Notes: generated from the sequence alone by a model not told the origin. Positions 17,601 to 27,402 are shown, counted from the stretch's first letter. The stretch is 64,000 bases of DNA from Chlorobiota bacterium (GCA_021296135.1 JAGWAZ010000001.1:1908-65907); one strand, 5' to 3'. Numbers and translations are program-made.

Positions 17601-19020
17601 CGAGAACTGCCGGTCCGGGCCATAACAAGGCCGCTTCCGCGTCAAGAATTCCAGCGCCGTAGTTTTCATCCCACCCTTTCGTTCCCAGATCGCTGGCCGA
17701 GAGCTCTAACGCTCCCTGTACTTCCTCAGGCTTCCATCCGGGATGGAGCGTGCGCAGCAGACCGGCTACACCGGCAACATAGGAGGAAGAGAATGACGTT
17801 CCGGTCACGGTACGATACTTTCCGTCGAGATCGGTTGTCAGGACATCCTGACCCGGAGCAACAAGCGACAATTGTGAACCGAAAGTGCTGAAGATGGTGA
17901 GTAGATCCTGATCGGTTGTCGCGCCAACAGAGATAACCTCTTCGAAGCCTGATGGATAGTGAGGATCAGGCACCCCATCGTTGCCACTGGAGGCAACCAA
18001 CACAACCCCACGCGCATACGCGTATCGTACAGCATCTTGAAGTAGGGGTGATCGATAGGTATCACCGAAACTCATGTTTATCACATCAACACCAATATTG
18101 GCAGCATAGATTATTGCCGCAGCAATGTCATCATCCTGTCCATCTCCTGTCGCATCAAAGGCTCGGATTGGAACGATGCGACATCCGGGGGCTATGCCTG
18201 CGATGCCGATTCCGTTGTTACGCGTCGCCCCTATCACTCCTGCCACATTCGTTCCATGCCCCTGTTCATCAAGCGGAACTCCATCCCGACCACTCCAATC
18301 CCCAAAGTTCGGGATGTTCTGGTCGACCATATCAAATCCTATTACGTCGTCAGCATAACCGTTTCCATCCTGATCTATTCCATCCAGATCACCCGCTACC
18401 CCCTCACGAACCTCATCAAGGGGCCAGGGATCAAATTGTCCGTTGCCGTTACGATCCTCGAGATGGTTAACCCAGACTGCGTCATGCAAATCAGGGTGTT
18501 TCCATTCAATCCCGGTATCGATAACACCAATGAGCACTGTGGTGTCTCCAGTCGTAATGTCCCAGGCTTCAACTCCTTTTATGCGTTGCAACGCCCACTG
18601 CTCGCCAAAAAGTACATCATTCGGTTCATCCACTTCAATACGATAGGTGTAGTTAGGAAAGAGTGCCATAACGCCTGGAACAGAATGCAGAGATCGAACA
18701 AAACTCTGATCGCAATCAAGAACCAAATATCTATCAAGCGTTCGGCTAGCAAGGAAAGCTCGACTCGGGTTGACCTCCAGCACAACAGTACTGAGATTGA
18801 CGGGAGTGCCGAGATCGGCAGCTCTTTGTAGAAGCCCTTCACTGAATTCCTTTACTTCGATCCCTGCATTGAGTTGAATGATCCATGAGCCGGACTCGGA
18901 TCCCTGAGCCAACAGAATTGCGCTTTTAAGGAAGAGGCTTACACATGCGAGGAGACAACACAGATACCTACATCGTGGCAAAGAACCTTGTCTCCTATGG
19001 AACGTTATCTCGATCATCAA
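14635..19020 (-). CDS. Very large secreted S8 (subtilisin-family) serine peptidase with a T9SS C-terminal sorting domain
   Basis: 1461 aa. Catalytic triad contexts VIDTGIEWKHPDL (Asp), HGTNVAGVIGA (His) and GTSFSSSYVAGVAGLL (Ser). The C-terminus ...GIYLYRVALKTTDGSEIDSRLKKIAIVP is a T9SS CTD. The N-terminus has a signal peptide. Confidence 0.8.
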   Translation of the reverse strand: MMIEITFHRRQGSLPRCRYLCCLLACVSLFLKSAILLAQGSESGSWIIQLNAGIEVKEFSEGLLQRAADLGTPVNLSTVVLEVNPSRAFLASRTLDRYLVLDCDQSFVRSLHSVPGVMALFPNYTYRIEVDEPNDVLFGEQWALQRIKGVEAWDITTGDTTVLIGVIDTGIEWKHPDLHDAVWVNHLEDRNGNGQFDPWPLDEVREGVAGDLDGIDQDGNGYADDVIGFDMVDQNIPNFGDWSGRDGVPLDEQGHGTNVAGVIGATRNNGIGIAGIAPGCRIVPIRAFDATGDGQDDDIAAAIIYAANIGVDVINMSFGDTYRSPLLQDAVRYAYARGVVLVASSGNDGVPDPHYPSGFEEVISVGATTDQDLLTIFSTFGSQLSLVAPGQDVLTTDLDGKYRTVTGTSFSSSYVAGVAGLLRTLHPGWKPEEVQGALELSASDLGTKGWDENYGAGILDAEAALLWPGPAVLEIISPRIDQGAAADTTIDVVGSVVTPFLESWSLDYGVGEVPSDWITIGSGNEGVLNSSLAEFSTSALNDTIYTIRLQLLLTKGRWYERRIRFYVDRTPPVPLSETIQNLWLYDRRVLGVRLKTDDRTHARLWLRPSGGDAPYLPYELEAERTGLTRTHFWFITHEEIEPGIPYDMYITLSNPAGLVSTIGSPESPRSVTVPAESFPLTSMSKRAWSAPYGYVLPDQPSVIDPETPELLMNRLDDFAFGPLILYQFDGISFVPADSTDSWLPRGVGDTDGNKLYEILGQSSGTGILYEQEAPSGKPFASVKFSETEANSFYFSGLFDFDGDGRDELIGYREDSRTHEQYYVVSRWNGSAYSEIARLENPTSPEDGSAVNILGASDIAICDVNGNGKMEILFSDTDDDFVLYEYRGEDQFALLWFEENDGREGDNRNMFAAGDIDNNGRDELLLAYRAPLFRNEDKEYEPPLWTIRALRFSEGGDALEMAREGVAWVRGATDFRTGIRTGELDGKPGDEIALSIFPSLYLFRWDSGLGRLKPFWWRGRSIINQPIIRDFDKDGTNELGAGDGTRISFYQIDPTFDGPAPPAGLDGWALSDSTAFLRWDSVQGAEQYRVYRAFLDVPENQVTFSLIVETDQTQFVDTGLGTSTGRLDAEANYGYIVTAMDTEALDSESNGSEAIRLFTHNPVKPIGAEAINGTQIVIRTSEELREGLYRTGVITLIREEDSEGARVSTIQYQGGRTLLLTLLEDHSGERLMIRFTSLLRDLYGSPADTSQVLSVKMLDPAPGEIFIAGKAEPMQGKRIVITFNQSVEEKSAGLIDNYHVDPPGTILAIEFDSENSRKVILQMEEDYLLGPFGFDYTITIKGVRSSTGNLLNQGAGSVVGFTISSDNLDNLFVYPHPFSLSKDEFVTFAGLPKIALIKIYTQAGLFLREIEVNRGHGGGARWDGKDSRGKPLPAGIYLYRVALKTTDGSEIDSRLKKIAIVP

Positions 19021-19104
19021 AAATTTCTTACAGACTGACAGAGTCAGAACATTGTTGCGCTTCGTCTATTTTCCCTGAACAATCATACTCAGGTACAAGT
19101 ATTC

Positions 19105-19854
19105 TTACAATGAAATTGTGGTTCCATCTTCAGCACAGAGCCATTCTACTGGCCCCTGGTGTTCAAGATGTTGAAAATCATCTTCTCGATAAGGAGGGAT
19201 ATGGGTAAAAATGACGCGAGAGATACTCGCTCTCTCTGCACTAATCAGTACCTGTGAAAGATCGACGTGGGCTGACTCGCAGATCAGAATGTCTGTTCCC
19301 GACAACTCTGCCCCAAGATCAACTTCAGATGCAATGTCTTGACTGAAGAGAATCTTTCCCTCTCCTGACTCTACAACAAAACCGAATGATGGGAATGGGA
19401 TACTGATTTGAGATGCTTCATCTGCATGTCTATCGAGATGGGATGTCCGAAAAGGACGGAGGCGCCACTGATCCGGCAACTCTATCGGTCCCATCTGCTT
19501 CATAGCCAACTCAAACGGACGTCGGGATTCAAGCAACCATGATTGCCTGAGAACATAAGCAAAGAAATCGAGTGAGCCGGGCGGAAGGATCAGAGTAGCT
19601 GGCTCGACCCTTTGATTCAGTATCCATCCCATTACCAGGTTTGGAAGTCCTGTCCAGTGATCGGCATGAGTATGGCTGATAACTACGTGAGTCACGTTGT
19701 TTAGAGGCACTTCGTCTCGCAACATCGCACGAGAGCACCCCTCACCGGCATCGATAAGAATTGAATTTCCGTCCGAAAAGAGAAGGCTCGTCGCACTGGC
19801 TCCCCGACTTGCTGATGGATGACCGGCCCCGGTACCATGCAAGATGATCTTCAT
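19105..19854 (-). CDS. MBL-fold metallo-hydrolase
   Basis: VISHTHADHWTGLP (HxHxDH). The start is chosen at MKIILHGTGAG, giving a 4-bp overlap with the upstream gene. Confidence 0.7.
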   Translation of the reverse strand: MKIILHGTGAGHPSASRGASATSLLFSDGNSILIDAGEGCSRAMLRDEVPLNNVTHVVISHTHADHWTGLPNLVMGWILNQRVEPATLILPPGSLDFFAYVLRQSWLLESRRPFELAMKQMGPIELPDQWRLRPFRTSHLDRHADEASQISIPFPSFGFVVESGEGKILFSQDIASEVDLGAELSGTDILICESAHVDLSQVLISAERASISRVIFTHIPPYREDDFQHLEHQGPVEWLCAEDGTTISL

Positions 19855-20627
19855 TCTACAAGTACTGTGAACGCGCCACACTCACATGCTTTGGTTACTC
19901 CCTCCCTTGCCTTTGAAGCCTCTTCACGTGATTCGTATGGCCCGACAACAAGTGCGTATTGGGTTTTGCCATTTACGTCTTTCGGAAAAATTTCAGGCTG
20001 AAGCGACCTGGCACGCAATTGAGCGAGGCGCCGTTCTGCTGCTTCTTTCGTTGGAAACAGACCAACCTGCAACGCATATCCTCTGAATTCCTCTTCATCT
20101 TCCTTTGCCTCTCCCTCTTCTTTTGTGCCTGCATCTTCCGATTTACTACTCTCGCTCTCACTAACCCTCTCATCTTCGGTCTCAAACTGCCAGGAGGCGA
20201 CCCCCTCAAGCACCGAAAAAGCCCTGGCCTTATAGGGAGATTGCGGATAATTTGTTGTAAGCATTGAATACCAGGTCCAGGAAGCCATGGAATCCCGCTT
20301 GTCAATATACCTTCGTACAAGCTGATAGGCTGCCTCGTCTGCCCACGGCCCGGTCGGTTCAAGAGCAATCACCTCACGATAGAGGTTCAAAGCCCGATCA
20401 TCCGGTGTCATTTGTGCTCTGACGTAAAGAGCAGCAGGGACAAAGCGAGCATTCCGTTTTAACGGCTCGATAAGCCAGTATGCTGTATCGGTCTGACCTT
20501 CTTCATACAGCTTGAGGATATCCAATGCCTGCTCTTCGTAACTCTGTCCCGATAGCTGAACAGCACTGCATAGTATAACACAGGCTGCTCCAAGAATATA
20601 TCGTCTCATTTTTTGCGTTCTCTCCAT
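19851..20627 (-). CDS. TPR-like protein with a C-terminal SPOR (peptidoglycan-binding) domain
   Basis: Signal peptide. An acidic E/D-rich linker is followed by RGYALQVGLFPTKEAAERRLAQLRA...YALVVGPYESREEASKA, which is SPOR-like. Confidence 0.55.
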   Translation of the reverse strand: MERTQKMRRYILGAACVILCSAVQLSGQSYEEQALDILKLYEEGQTDTAYWLIEPLKRNARFVPAALYVRAQMTPDDRALNLYREVIALEPTGPWADEAAYQLVRRYIDKRDSMASWTWYSMLTTNYPQSPYKARAFSVLEGVASWQFETEDERVSESESSKSEDAGTKEEGEAKEDEEEFRGYALQVGLFPTKEAAERRLAQLRARSLQPEIFPKDVNGKTQYALVVGPYESREEASKAREGVTKACECGAFTVLVE

Positions 20628-20671
20628 GCTTTTGTCTCTTTGCGGTGAATCTCTGACCAGGAGTAAGCTTT

Positions 20672-22039
20672 TTATCGGATCGCCAATTCCAATGGAATGA
20701 CTTTCGGCTTCCCGGTCTCATCGACTTGCGAACCAAAGAGCGTTGCCGAGGTGGCTCGGCCAATGTTAACGTGAATATACTCCCCCACATCGACGTCTCC
20801 TTTCGGAAAGATTACCGTATGGTTTTCTCTTGTTCTTCCCTTCCACTCTGCAGGATCACGTTTGCTCGGTCCTTCTACCAATACCTCGGACGTCTTCCCG
20901 ACTTGCTCTGTATTCTTTTCAAGCGAGATACGATTCTGCTGCTCAATAATCTCCTGAAGGCGTCGTGTCTTTACCTTTTCCGGCACGCTATCCCCCATTG
21001 CCCACGCTTTAGTCCGTTCACGCGGTGAATACTTGAACATGTAGGCGCCGTCATATCGAACCTCACACATAACTTGAAGGGTCTTCTGATGATCTTCTTC
21101 CGTCTCGGTTGGAAAACCGGCTATAATGTCCGTAGACAATGCAACTCCCGGTATCAACTCACGAATCTTGTCAATCCGTTCCAGATAATGTTCTACTGTA
21201 TACGTTCTGTTCATCAACTCAAGAACGCGGTTCGACCCTGACTGGACGGGCAGATGAATGTAGTCACAGATATTTTCCCACTCAACCATCGTTTCAATCA
21301 GCTTGTCTGACATATCCTGCGGATGCGATGTGGTGTATCGAATCCGCATCATGGGATCAACCGCTGCAGAGGCTGCCAGGAGATCGGCAAAATCCCTTTC
21401 TTCCCATCGGTAGCTGTTGACGTTCTGTCCAAGCAACGTCACCTCACGAAATCCGTGATCGCTTAAATACTTCACCTCATCAACAATTGAAAGCAACGAC
21501 CGACTCCGCTCCCTTCCTCGCGTAAAAGGAACTACGCAGAACGTGCAAAACTTATCGCACCCTCTCATTACGGAGATCCAGGCCGATATTCCCTCAGTCC
21601 GAAGCGGTGTGATATCATCATACGTCTCCACGCGTGAAAGCTTTACGGCCAATCCCCTTTCACCATACTGTGCCTCACTCACAAGCTCCGGTAAGAGGCG
21701 ATACTGATCTGGACCGACAACAATGTCAACTATTGATTCCTCGGTCAAAAGATCTTTCCGCATCCGCTCGGCCATACAACCGAGCAATCCTACGACAAGC
21801 TCTGGTTTGCGCTTCTTGTGGTGAGCAATGTTGGCAAGCCTGTGATGAATACGCTGCTCGGCATTATCCCGTATAGAGCATGTGTTCAGAAGAATCAGGT
21901 CAGCCCCTTCAATCTGCTCGGTTGGTGAGAAACCCTCTTTATCCAGAACCGAAAGGACAATCTCGGTATCGGCCACATTCATCTGACAGCCGTACGTTTC
22001 CACATAAACACGTTTGTTCGTATTCGTTGTCATTCTCAT
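20672..22039 (-). CDS. miaB: tRNA-2-methylthio-N6-dimethylallyladenosine synthase
   Basis: N-terminal UPF0004 domain VYVETYGCQMN. Radical-SAM CxxxCxxC (CDKFCTFC). TRAM C-terminus. Confidence 0.85.
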   Translation of the reverse strand: MRMTTNTNKRVYVETYGCQMNVADTEIVLSVLDKEGFSPTEQIEGADLILLNTCSIRDNAEQRIHHRLANIAHHKKRKPELVVGLLGCMAERMRKDLLTEESIVDIVVGPDQYRLLPELVSEAQYGERGLAVKLSRVETYDDITPLRTEGISAWISVMRGCDKFCTFCVVPFTRGRERSRSLLSIVDEVKYLSDHGFREVTLLGQNVNSYRWEERDFADLLAASAAVDPMMRIRYTTSHPQDMSDKLIETMVEWENICDYIHLPVQSGSNRVLELMNRTYTVEHYLERIDKIRELIPGVALSTDIIAGFPTETEEDHQKTLQVMCEVRYDGAYMFKYSPRERTKAWAMGDSVPEKVKTRRLQEIIEQQNRISLEKNTEQVGKTSEVLVEGPSKRDPAEWKGRTRENHTVIFPKGDVDVGEYIHVNIGRATSATLFGSQVDETGKPKVIPLELAIR

Positions 22040-22109
22040 CTTGGTAAGGGTATCGTATCAATCGTTCGCTTATCATTCATGCAGGCAAGATGTCCGCGCT
22101 CTGCATTTC

Positions 22110-22802
22110 TCATCCCTCATTCCTCATCCCTTCAATCTCCTCCCATCCATCCAGTCGTTCACGAGGAGGCAATGCTTGCAAGAGATTGACAATCAACTCA
22201 GTATTCGTTTGCAATTCTTCAAGATTCCCGTTGTTTTTGATGACAACGTCAGCACGCCTTACTTTTTCTTCAGCAGGGATTTGCATCGCGTCCCGCTTAC
22301 GAATCTCTTCTACATCAACTCCGTCTCGCTCGGCAGCCCGCCTGAAGCGGAGATCAACGTCTGCATCAACAACAACGATATAATCGAACCGTTCCTCGCC
22401 CCCTGACTCATAAATCAGGGCTGCTTCACAAACAACAATCGAGGCCCCGTTGTCAATTACTTCTTTCGCTCTGATCCCTTGCTCGGCAATTGTTCGCGGG
22501 TGAACAATTTCGCTCAGCTTCTGAAGGCGTTCACGATCATTGAAGACCAATTCAGCAAGACGTTTACGATCGAGCCTCCCATCGGAGTAAACACTCTTGC
22601 CAAACTCACGGAGAATTGCATCCTTCATCGAAGGATCATTCTGCATAAGCTCTTTGGCAATAGCATCCGCACTCAAGACCGGGATGCCCGCTTTCCGAAA
22701 CAGATCGGCCACTTGTGACTTTCCGGCACCAATTGATCCGGTAAGGCCAATCAGCAGATACTCTCCATCCCCCTGATTCTTTTGCATACTCATCGGACGC
22801 AA
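22110..22802 (-). CDS. coaE: Dephospho-CoA kinase
   Basis: LIGLTGSIGAGKSQV P-loop with CoaE-like length. Confidence 0.8.
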   Translation of the reverse strand: MRPMSMQKNQGDGEYLLIGLTGSIGAGKSQVADLFRKAGIPVLSADAIAKELMQNDPSMKDAILREFGKSVYSDGRLDRKRLAELVFNDRERLQKLSEIVHPRTIAEQGIRAKEVIDNGASIVVCEAALIYESGGEERFDYIVVVDADVDLRFRRAAERDGVDVEEIRKRDAMQIPAEEKVRRADVVIKNNGNLEELQTNTELIVNLLQALPPRERLDGWEEIEGMRNEG

Positions 22803-23011
22803 AAATAGCGATCTGAACCGGGATCCGTATTTTTTCTGTCACGAAACGTGTTACGCACAACAGAAGGAGACAGGATTCGTCACCTTGTTCGGTCTCATGC
22901 AAATATAGCGTCCAACCGGTGTGTTAGAGTAGTTGTAGTGCAATATGAGACATCTTTGCAGATAAGAATTATGCATACACAAATTATAGAATAAATACGG
23001 AGAGACTGGCA

Positions 23012-23386
23012 ATGGCAGAAATGCTTGTTGATCAGAGCAACGATACAACGTTTGAGACTCCGTTGAACGTTTCGGAAAAGGCGTTGAAGGAGATACGGAA
23101 GATCCGGGAAAGCAACGATATACCGCAAGAGTACGGTCTGCGAGTCGGGGTCAAAGGGGGTGGTTGTTCCGGACTAACCTACTCGCTTGCCTTTGATGGA
23201 GAGAAACGTGATGGAGACAAAGTTCTTGGGTTTGAGGATGTCTTCCTCTATGTTGATAAGAAGAGCCTTTTCTACCTGATGGGATGTGAAATCGATTTTT
23301 CTGATGGATTGAATGGACGTGGCTTTACCTTCAACAATCCGAATGCCACTCGCACATGTGGATGCGGATCGAGTTTTGGGGTATAA
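23012..23386 (+). CDS. erpA: Iron-sulfur cluster insertion protein (IscA/HesB/ErpA family)
   Basis: 124 aa. GGGCSGLTYSL...CGCGSSF conserved cysteines. Confidence 0.8.
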   Translation: MAEMLVDQSNDTTFETPLNVSEKALKEIRKIRESNDIPQEYGLRVGVKGGGCSGLTYSLAFDGEKRDGDKVLGFEDVFLYVDKKSLFYLMGCEIDFSDGLNGRGFTFNNPNATRTCGCGSSFGV

Positions 23387-23759
23387 GCGACTACCCCATG
23401 CTTCCGCATGGGGCTACCAACTGAGCGTCGCTATGCGACTGATTTTCATACGCTCCCTTAATCCCATCGAAGAAGCTATGACCATATATCCAGCCCCAGT
23501 CGAGCGTCAGACCATCTTTCAGCGTGTCAACGTTGCCGGCAGATCACAGCCGATCTGGAATGTGGAGTCATGTCCCTGCTAGACCGGATACATCCAAGTC
23601 GGCTGACCCCAGAGAAGAAGGGAACAAGAAGTGCAAGCTTTGTTCGTCATGTCATTATTATCACCTATTGTTTTATAATGAGTGATAGGTTATGGCGGAG
23701 GAGCCACTTGGTCTTGTCGGACGGGCTCCTTCGCCGTTTTTATGGATTCTGTTCATAGT

Positions 23760-23975
23760 TTATCGTGCAATAGTCACCTGTACCTGTACTGATTCTGATC
23801 TGTCTCCGAGGCTCACTTGAACCAGATAGGCGCCGGATTCCGTAGCCCGCCCAACGAACCGTCCGTGGTCAACGAGCACCTCGGTTGAAAGAACCTCCTG
23901 TCCGAGAACATCGGTGATCTGAAGGCTCACCTCCTCTCCCGCTCTGTCCGTCCCCCGATGCCGGATCCGGCACAA
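23760..23975 (-). pseudogene. Orphan T9SS C-terminal sorting domain: a ~70-aa remnant with no upstream cargo domain
   Basis: ...VSLQITDVLGQEVLSTEVLVDHGRFVGRATESGAYLVQVSLGDRSESVQVQVTI matches the Por_Secre_tail pattern (I.D..G..V...SG.Y.V.V...K). Only ~40 bp lie between it and the next gene, and a CGACTC-type repeat fragment sits directly upstream. Confidence 0.5.
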
Positions 23976-24005
23976 CTTTCACTCTTAGACTCCATGACTC
24001 TCCAC
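23960..24005. repeat. CGACTC-family repeat fragment, copy 4
   Basis: Sequence cacaactttcactcttagactccatgactctccacc. It shares the gactcttagactc core with copy 1. Confidence 0.4.
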
Positions 24006-24015
24006 CCAAATCAAC

Positions 24016-24873
24016 TCACATTTGAATAACGCTCGCCCGATACAATCTCTGAAGCTCAATTGTCAATTTACCTGGTACTTTCCCTTTGATTTTTTCTCCC
24101 TCAACGCTCTTGACCGGTAGAATCTCACGTACCGAGTTTGTGATGAAAACTTCGTCTGCGTCCTTTAATGTTTGCAGTGGAAATCGTTCTTCGTAGATGT
24201 CGATCTCCTGTGCAACTCCAATCTCAAGAATACGTTCCCTGGCAATGCCGGGCAAAATCCCAAGATCAAGCGGAGGCGTTAACAGCCGACCATGATTGTT
24301 ACAGAAAATATTGCTCATCCCCCCTTCTGCAACATATCCATCATTTGTTAAAAAGACTCCTTCAGTAGCTCCTTTGGCCTGCGCAGCATCAAGACTAAGA
24401 ATCTCTACCAGATAGTTCAGTGATTTTAGTCGTGTCTGAAAAGGTGAAGGCTGATGTGTGTATAGTGTTGTTTTAAGGTTGATAGGTTTTGGTTGGACTT
24501 CATTTTGCAATAACGGTCTACCATAGATAAAAATCGTACTCTCTACTCTTCTACACAACGTATCTCTGTGATCAATTCCTCGCGAAACAGTTAAACGAAG
24601 CCGTGCATCGCTCCATTGATTTGCTTCGATAACCGCATAAATCATCTCCTCAAGGCACTTTCGTTCAGGTAACTCAAGCTTGATACGTGCAGCCGAAGCA
24701 TAAAGCCTCCTCAGGTGTCTGTCGAGTAAACATGGAATAGCCCTGTAGAGCCTCATGGTCTCAAACAAACCATCTCCATAGAGGAATCCCCGATCAAACG
24801 GAGATATTCTGGCTTCACTTGCGTTGACAAGTGCATCGTTCAACCATACAATACCTTCTGCCCCTTCTATCAT
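24016..24873 (-). CDS. Class IV aminotransferase: aminodeoxychorismate lyase (PabC)-like or branched-chain aminotransferase family
   Basis: Fold-type IV PLP enzyme pattern (...FLYGDGLFETMR..., ...EVFITNSVREILPV). Lies downstream of pabA/pabB. Confidence 0.65.
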   Translation of the reverse strand: MIEGAEGIVWLNDALVNASEARISPFDRGFLYGDGLFETMRLYRAIPCLLDRHLRRLYASAARIKLELPERKCLEEMIYAVIEANQWSDARLRLTVSRGIDHRDTLCRRVESTIFIYGRPLLQNEVQPKPINLKTTLYTHQPSPFQTRLKSLNYLVEILSLDAAQAKGATEGVFLTNDGYVAEGGMSNIFCNNHGRLLTPPLDLGILPGIARERILEIGVAQEIDIYEERFPLQTLKDADEVFITNSVREILPVKSVEGEKIKGKVPGKLTIELQRLYRASVIQM

Positions 24874-25046
24874 AAACGATCTGTTGTGATGATATGATGC
24901 TCTGAATTCACCGAGATAACATGACGATCATATGAATGTCTTGAATCCTTGTTTTATAATAAAAATAGATGGATCGCACCGATGGCCCTTGGATATGGCG
25001 GGTCGCTACGCGACTTTGTATCGAGTAACTCCGCCAGGGAGTGTGG

Positions 25047-25613
25047 TTATAGGGCGTTAAGAAAATTTGAGAGCAACTTCTTTCCCCCTTCCGTCATGAT
25101 GGATTCAGGATGATATTGCACACCAAAGATCGACATTTCCCGATGTTCAATTCCCATTATTGCTTCATCGTCACTCCAGGCTGTTATGGCAAGTGATGGA
25201 GGGAACGATGCACGCTCGAGAACAAGCGAATGATAACGTGTGGCAGTAAATGGGTTGGGTAGGCCTTTATGAATTGATCGCTCGTCATGAAAGACAGGTG
25301 ATGTCTTGCCATGCTTTACCTTTTTTGCACGAACAACCTTCCCTCCAAAAGCCTGGCCGATTGCTTGCAGCCCAAGACAGACTCCCAGGGTAGGAATTCT
25401 TCCGGCTGCAAGGGATATCAAATCCAGAGAGACCCCTGCCTCGTTCGGTGTGCAAGGACCGGGTGAGATTACGATGTGGGATGGAGCCATTGCCAGGGCC
25501 TCAACAGCAGACATTGCGTCGTTACGGATAACCTTTACCTCTACGCCAAGTTCGCCGAGATATTGCACAAGGTTGTATGTGAACGAATCGTAGTTGTCGA
25601 TAACAAGAATCAC
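25047..25613 (-). CDS. pabA: Glutamine amidotransferase component II of aminodeoxychorismate/anthranilate synthase
   Basis: [26 protein letters not shown] catalytic Cys, HPES. Overlaps pabB by 4 bp. Confidence 0.8.
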   Translation of the reverse strand: MILVIDNYDSFTYNLVQYLGELGVEVKVIRNDAMSAVEALAMAPSHIVISPGPCTPNEAGVSLDLISLAAGRIPTLGVCLGLQAIGQAFGGKVVRAKKVKHGKTSPVFHDERSIHKGLPNPFTATRYHSLVLERASFPPSLAITAWSDDEAIMGIEHREMSIFGVQYHPESIMTEGGKKLLSNFLNAL

Positions 25614-27103
25614 ACTGGTTCGGTCTCCCGCAATGCTTTGAGCATCGCCTCTGCCTTGCGTATTGATTCCTTGTATTCATACTCCGGCACCGAATCAGCA
25701 ACAATGCCAGAGCCAGCTTGAGCATATGCTGTCCCATCCTTCACCAAAAGTGTGCGAATAGCGATATTCAATTCAGTATCCCCATTGAATCCAACCCATC
25801 CGATTGAACCGGTGTAAAGTCCTCTGGAATGCGGTTCCAGTTCCTCGATAATCTCCATCGCTCTTGCTTTGGGAGCTCCAGTAATTGTCCCTCCAGGGAA
25901 AACGGCTCGTATTGCATCGAAGGTGTCCTTTCCACGCCCAAGCTTCCCACGAACATTCGAGACGATGTGGATCACATGGGAATACTTCTCGACGGACATG
26001 AACTCATCTACGTGAACAGAACCATACTCCGAAACTCGTCCGAGATCGTTTCGCTCCAGATCAACCAGCATCAAGTGTTCCGCCCTCTCCTTCTCATTGC
26101 CAATCAACTCATTGACCTTTGCCATATCCTCTTTATCACTCCCTCCACGTTTCCTTGTTCCAGCTATGGGGCGTGTGGAGAGTTCTCTTCCCTCCACTTT
26201 CAACAGAAGCTCGGGAGATGAACTGACAACTGCATATGATTTAAAGTCCAGGAATGCCATGTACGGGGCAGGATTTATCTGCCGAAGCGCTCTGTACAGG
26301 GTAATTGGATCAGAACTGAACCGCCTGGAAAAACGAACGGAGAGATTAACCTGGAACAGATCACCGGCATAGATATAGTCGATCGCCTTTGAGACTAGCC
26401 GTTCAAACTCATCGGAAGTAAGATTTGCCTCATCAGGGCTTGTGCCTAATGGCTCGCCTTCGTTTATCGATGGTTCCGGATAAGAAGCCGATTCAAGAGC
26501 CACCTCAAGGGCTTTCTCCACACTATCAAGCTGAGCACACAACGTTTGAAATGACTCGGCATCATAAGCATTGGAATCGGACAAAGCGATGAGGTGGGTC
26601 TTGTTCTTTTCGTGATCAAGCTCTACAAAGAAGGTCGGCACAATAAGGTCAATCACCGGAAGTTTCAAATCATCCTCTGTCTCCTCAGGAATCTTCTCGA
26701 CAAATCGGGCCAGATCGTACGAAAAGAGACCAATGCCCCCCCCGGAAAAGTTGTTTAGTGAAGGATGGGAGTATAGCCGGTATCGACCGAAAAAATCACG
26801 TAGCAGCTCAAATGGATCTCTCCCCTGTCCGGAAATTTTTGCTTCTCCAACGCTGATTTCGTAGGTACCATCACGACGAAAGAGGAAGCGCATGGCCTCG
26901 CCGCAGCCAACATAAGAATACCTTCCCCCCTTGCCACTCTCAAGGACAAATCCCTTGTCTTCAGTGCAAAGGATTTCATACAATCTGAACGGGTCGGGAA
27001 GAGAGTCAAGCGTTCTGACGACAGGAATCAGATTGAACTCAGCCAACAATTGATAAAAGCTCTCTTCAGAAGGGACTGTACGAGTTGACTTTTCGCTGGA
27101 CAC
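25610..27103 (-). CDS. pabB: Aminodeoxychorismate synthase / anthranilate synthase component I
   Basis: Chorismate-binding domain motifs (...IAGTRKRG..., [10 protein letters not shown]...). Confidence 0.8.
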   Translation of the reverse strand: MSSEKSTRTVPSEESFYQLLAEFNLIPVVRTLDSLPDPFRLYEILCTEDKGFVLESGKGGRYSYVGCGEAMRFLFRRDGTYEISVGEAKISGQGRDPFELLRDFFGRYRLYSHPSLNNFSGGGIGLFSYDLARFVEKIPEETEDDLKLPVIDLIVPTFFVELDHEKNKTHLIALSDSNAYDAESFQTLCAQLDSVEKALEVALESASYPEPSINEGEPLGTSPDEANLTSDEFERLVSKAIDYIYAGDLFQVNLSVRFSRRFSSDPITLYRALRQINPAPYMAFLDFKSYAVVSSSPELLLKVEGRELSTRPIAGTRKRGGSDKEDMAKVNELIGNEKERAEHLMLVDLERNDLGRVSEYGSVHVDEFMSVEKYSHVIHIVSNVRGKLGRGKDTFDAIRAVFPGGTITGAPKARAMEIIEELEPHSRGLYTGSIGWVGFNGDTELNIAIRTLLVKDGTAYAQAGSGIVADSVPEYEYKESIRKAEAMLKALRETEPV

Positions 27104-27108
27104 GTGTG

Positions 27109-27402
27109 CTAATGTGCTTGCAGTTTTTCTGACTTAGGAATGAAAAACAGAAATGCAAGATAGAGAAATGGAACGAGTAGAAAGGTAAAGAAAGCGAGAA
27201 AGAGCGTTACCACACGGAGAATAGAGCACCAATGCTCAGGCCTCTGCGAAGAACATATCGGTTGGCCGGATCGGGCGGAGTCAGCATCCAGAAAAAGAGA
27301 TAAAGGGGTAGTCCCGGCCCCTATGAAGAGCAACGCGAGAAAGATTATGCGAAGAAGAAGTTTTGGAACGCCAAGATAAGACCGAGAGCCCGGCCACAAC
27401 AT
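27109..27402 (-). CDS. Small hydrophobic hypothetical ORF immediately upstream of pabB. Possibly spurious.
   Basis: 97-aa ORF with two hydrophobic stretches and no homology recognised. Confidence 0.2.
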   Translation of the reverse strand: MLWPGSRSYLGVPKLLLRIIFLALLFIGAGTTPLSLFLDADSARSGQPICSSQRPEHWCSILRVVTLFLAFFTFLLVPFLYLAFLFFIPKSEKLQAH

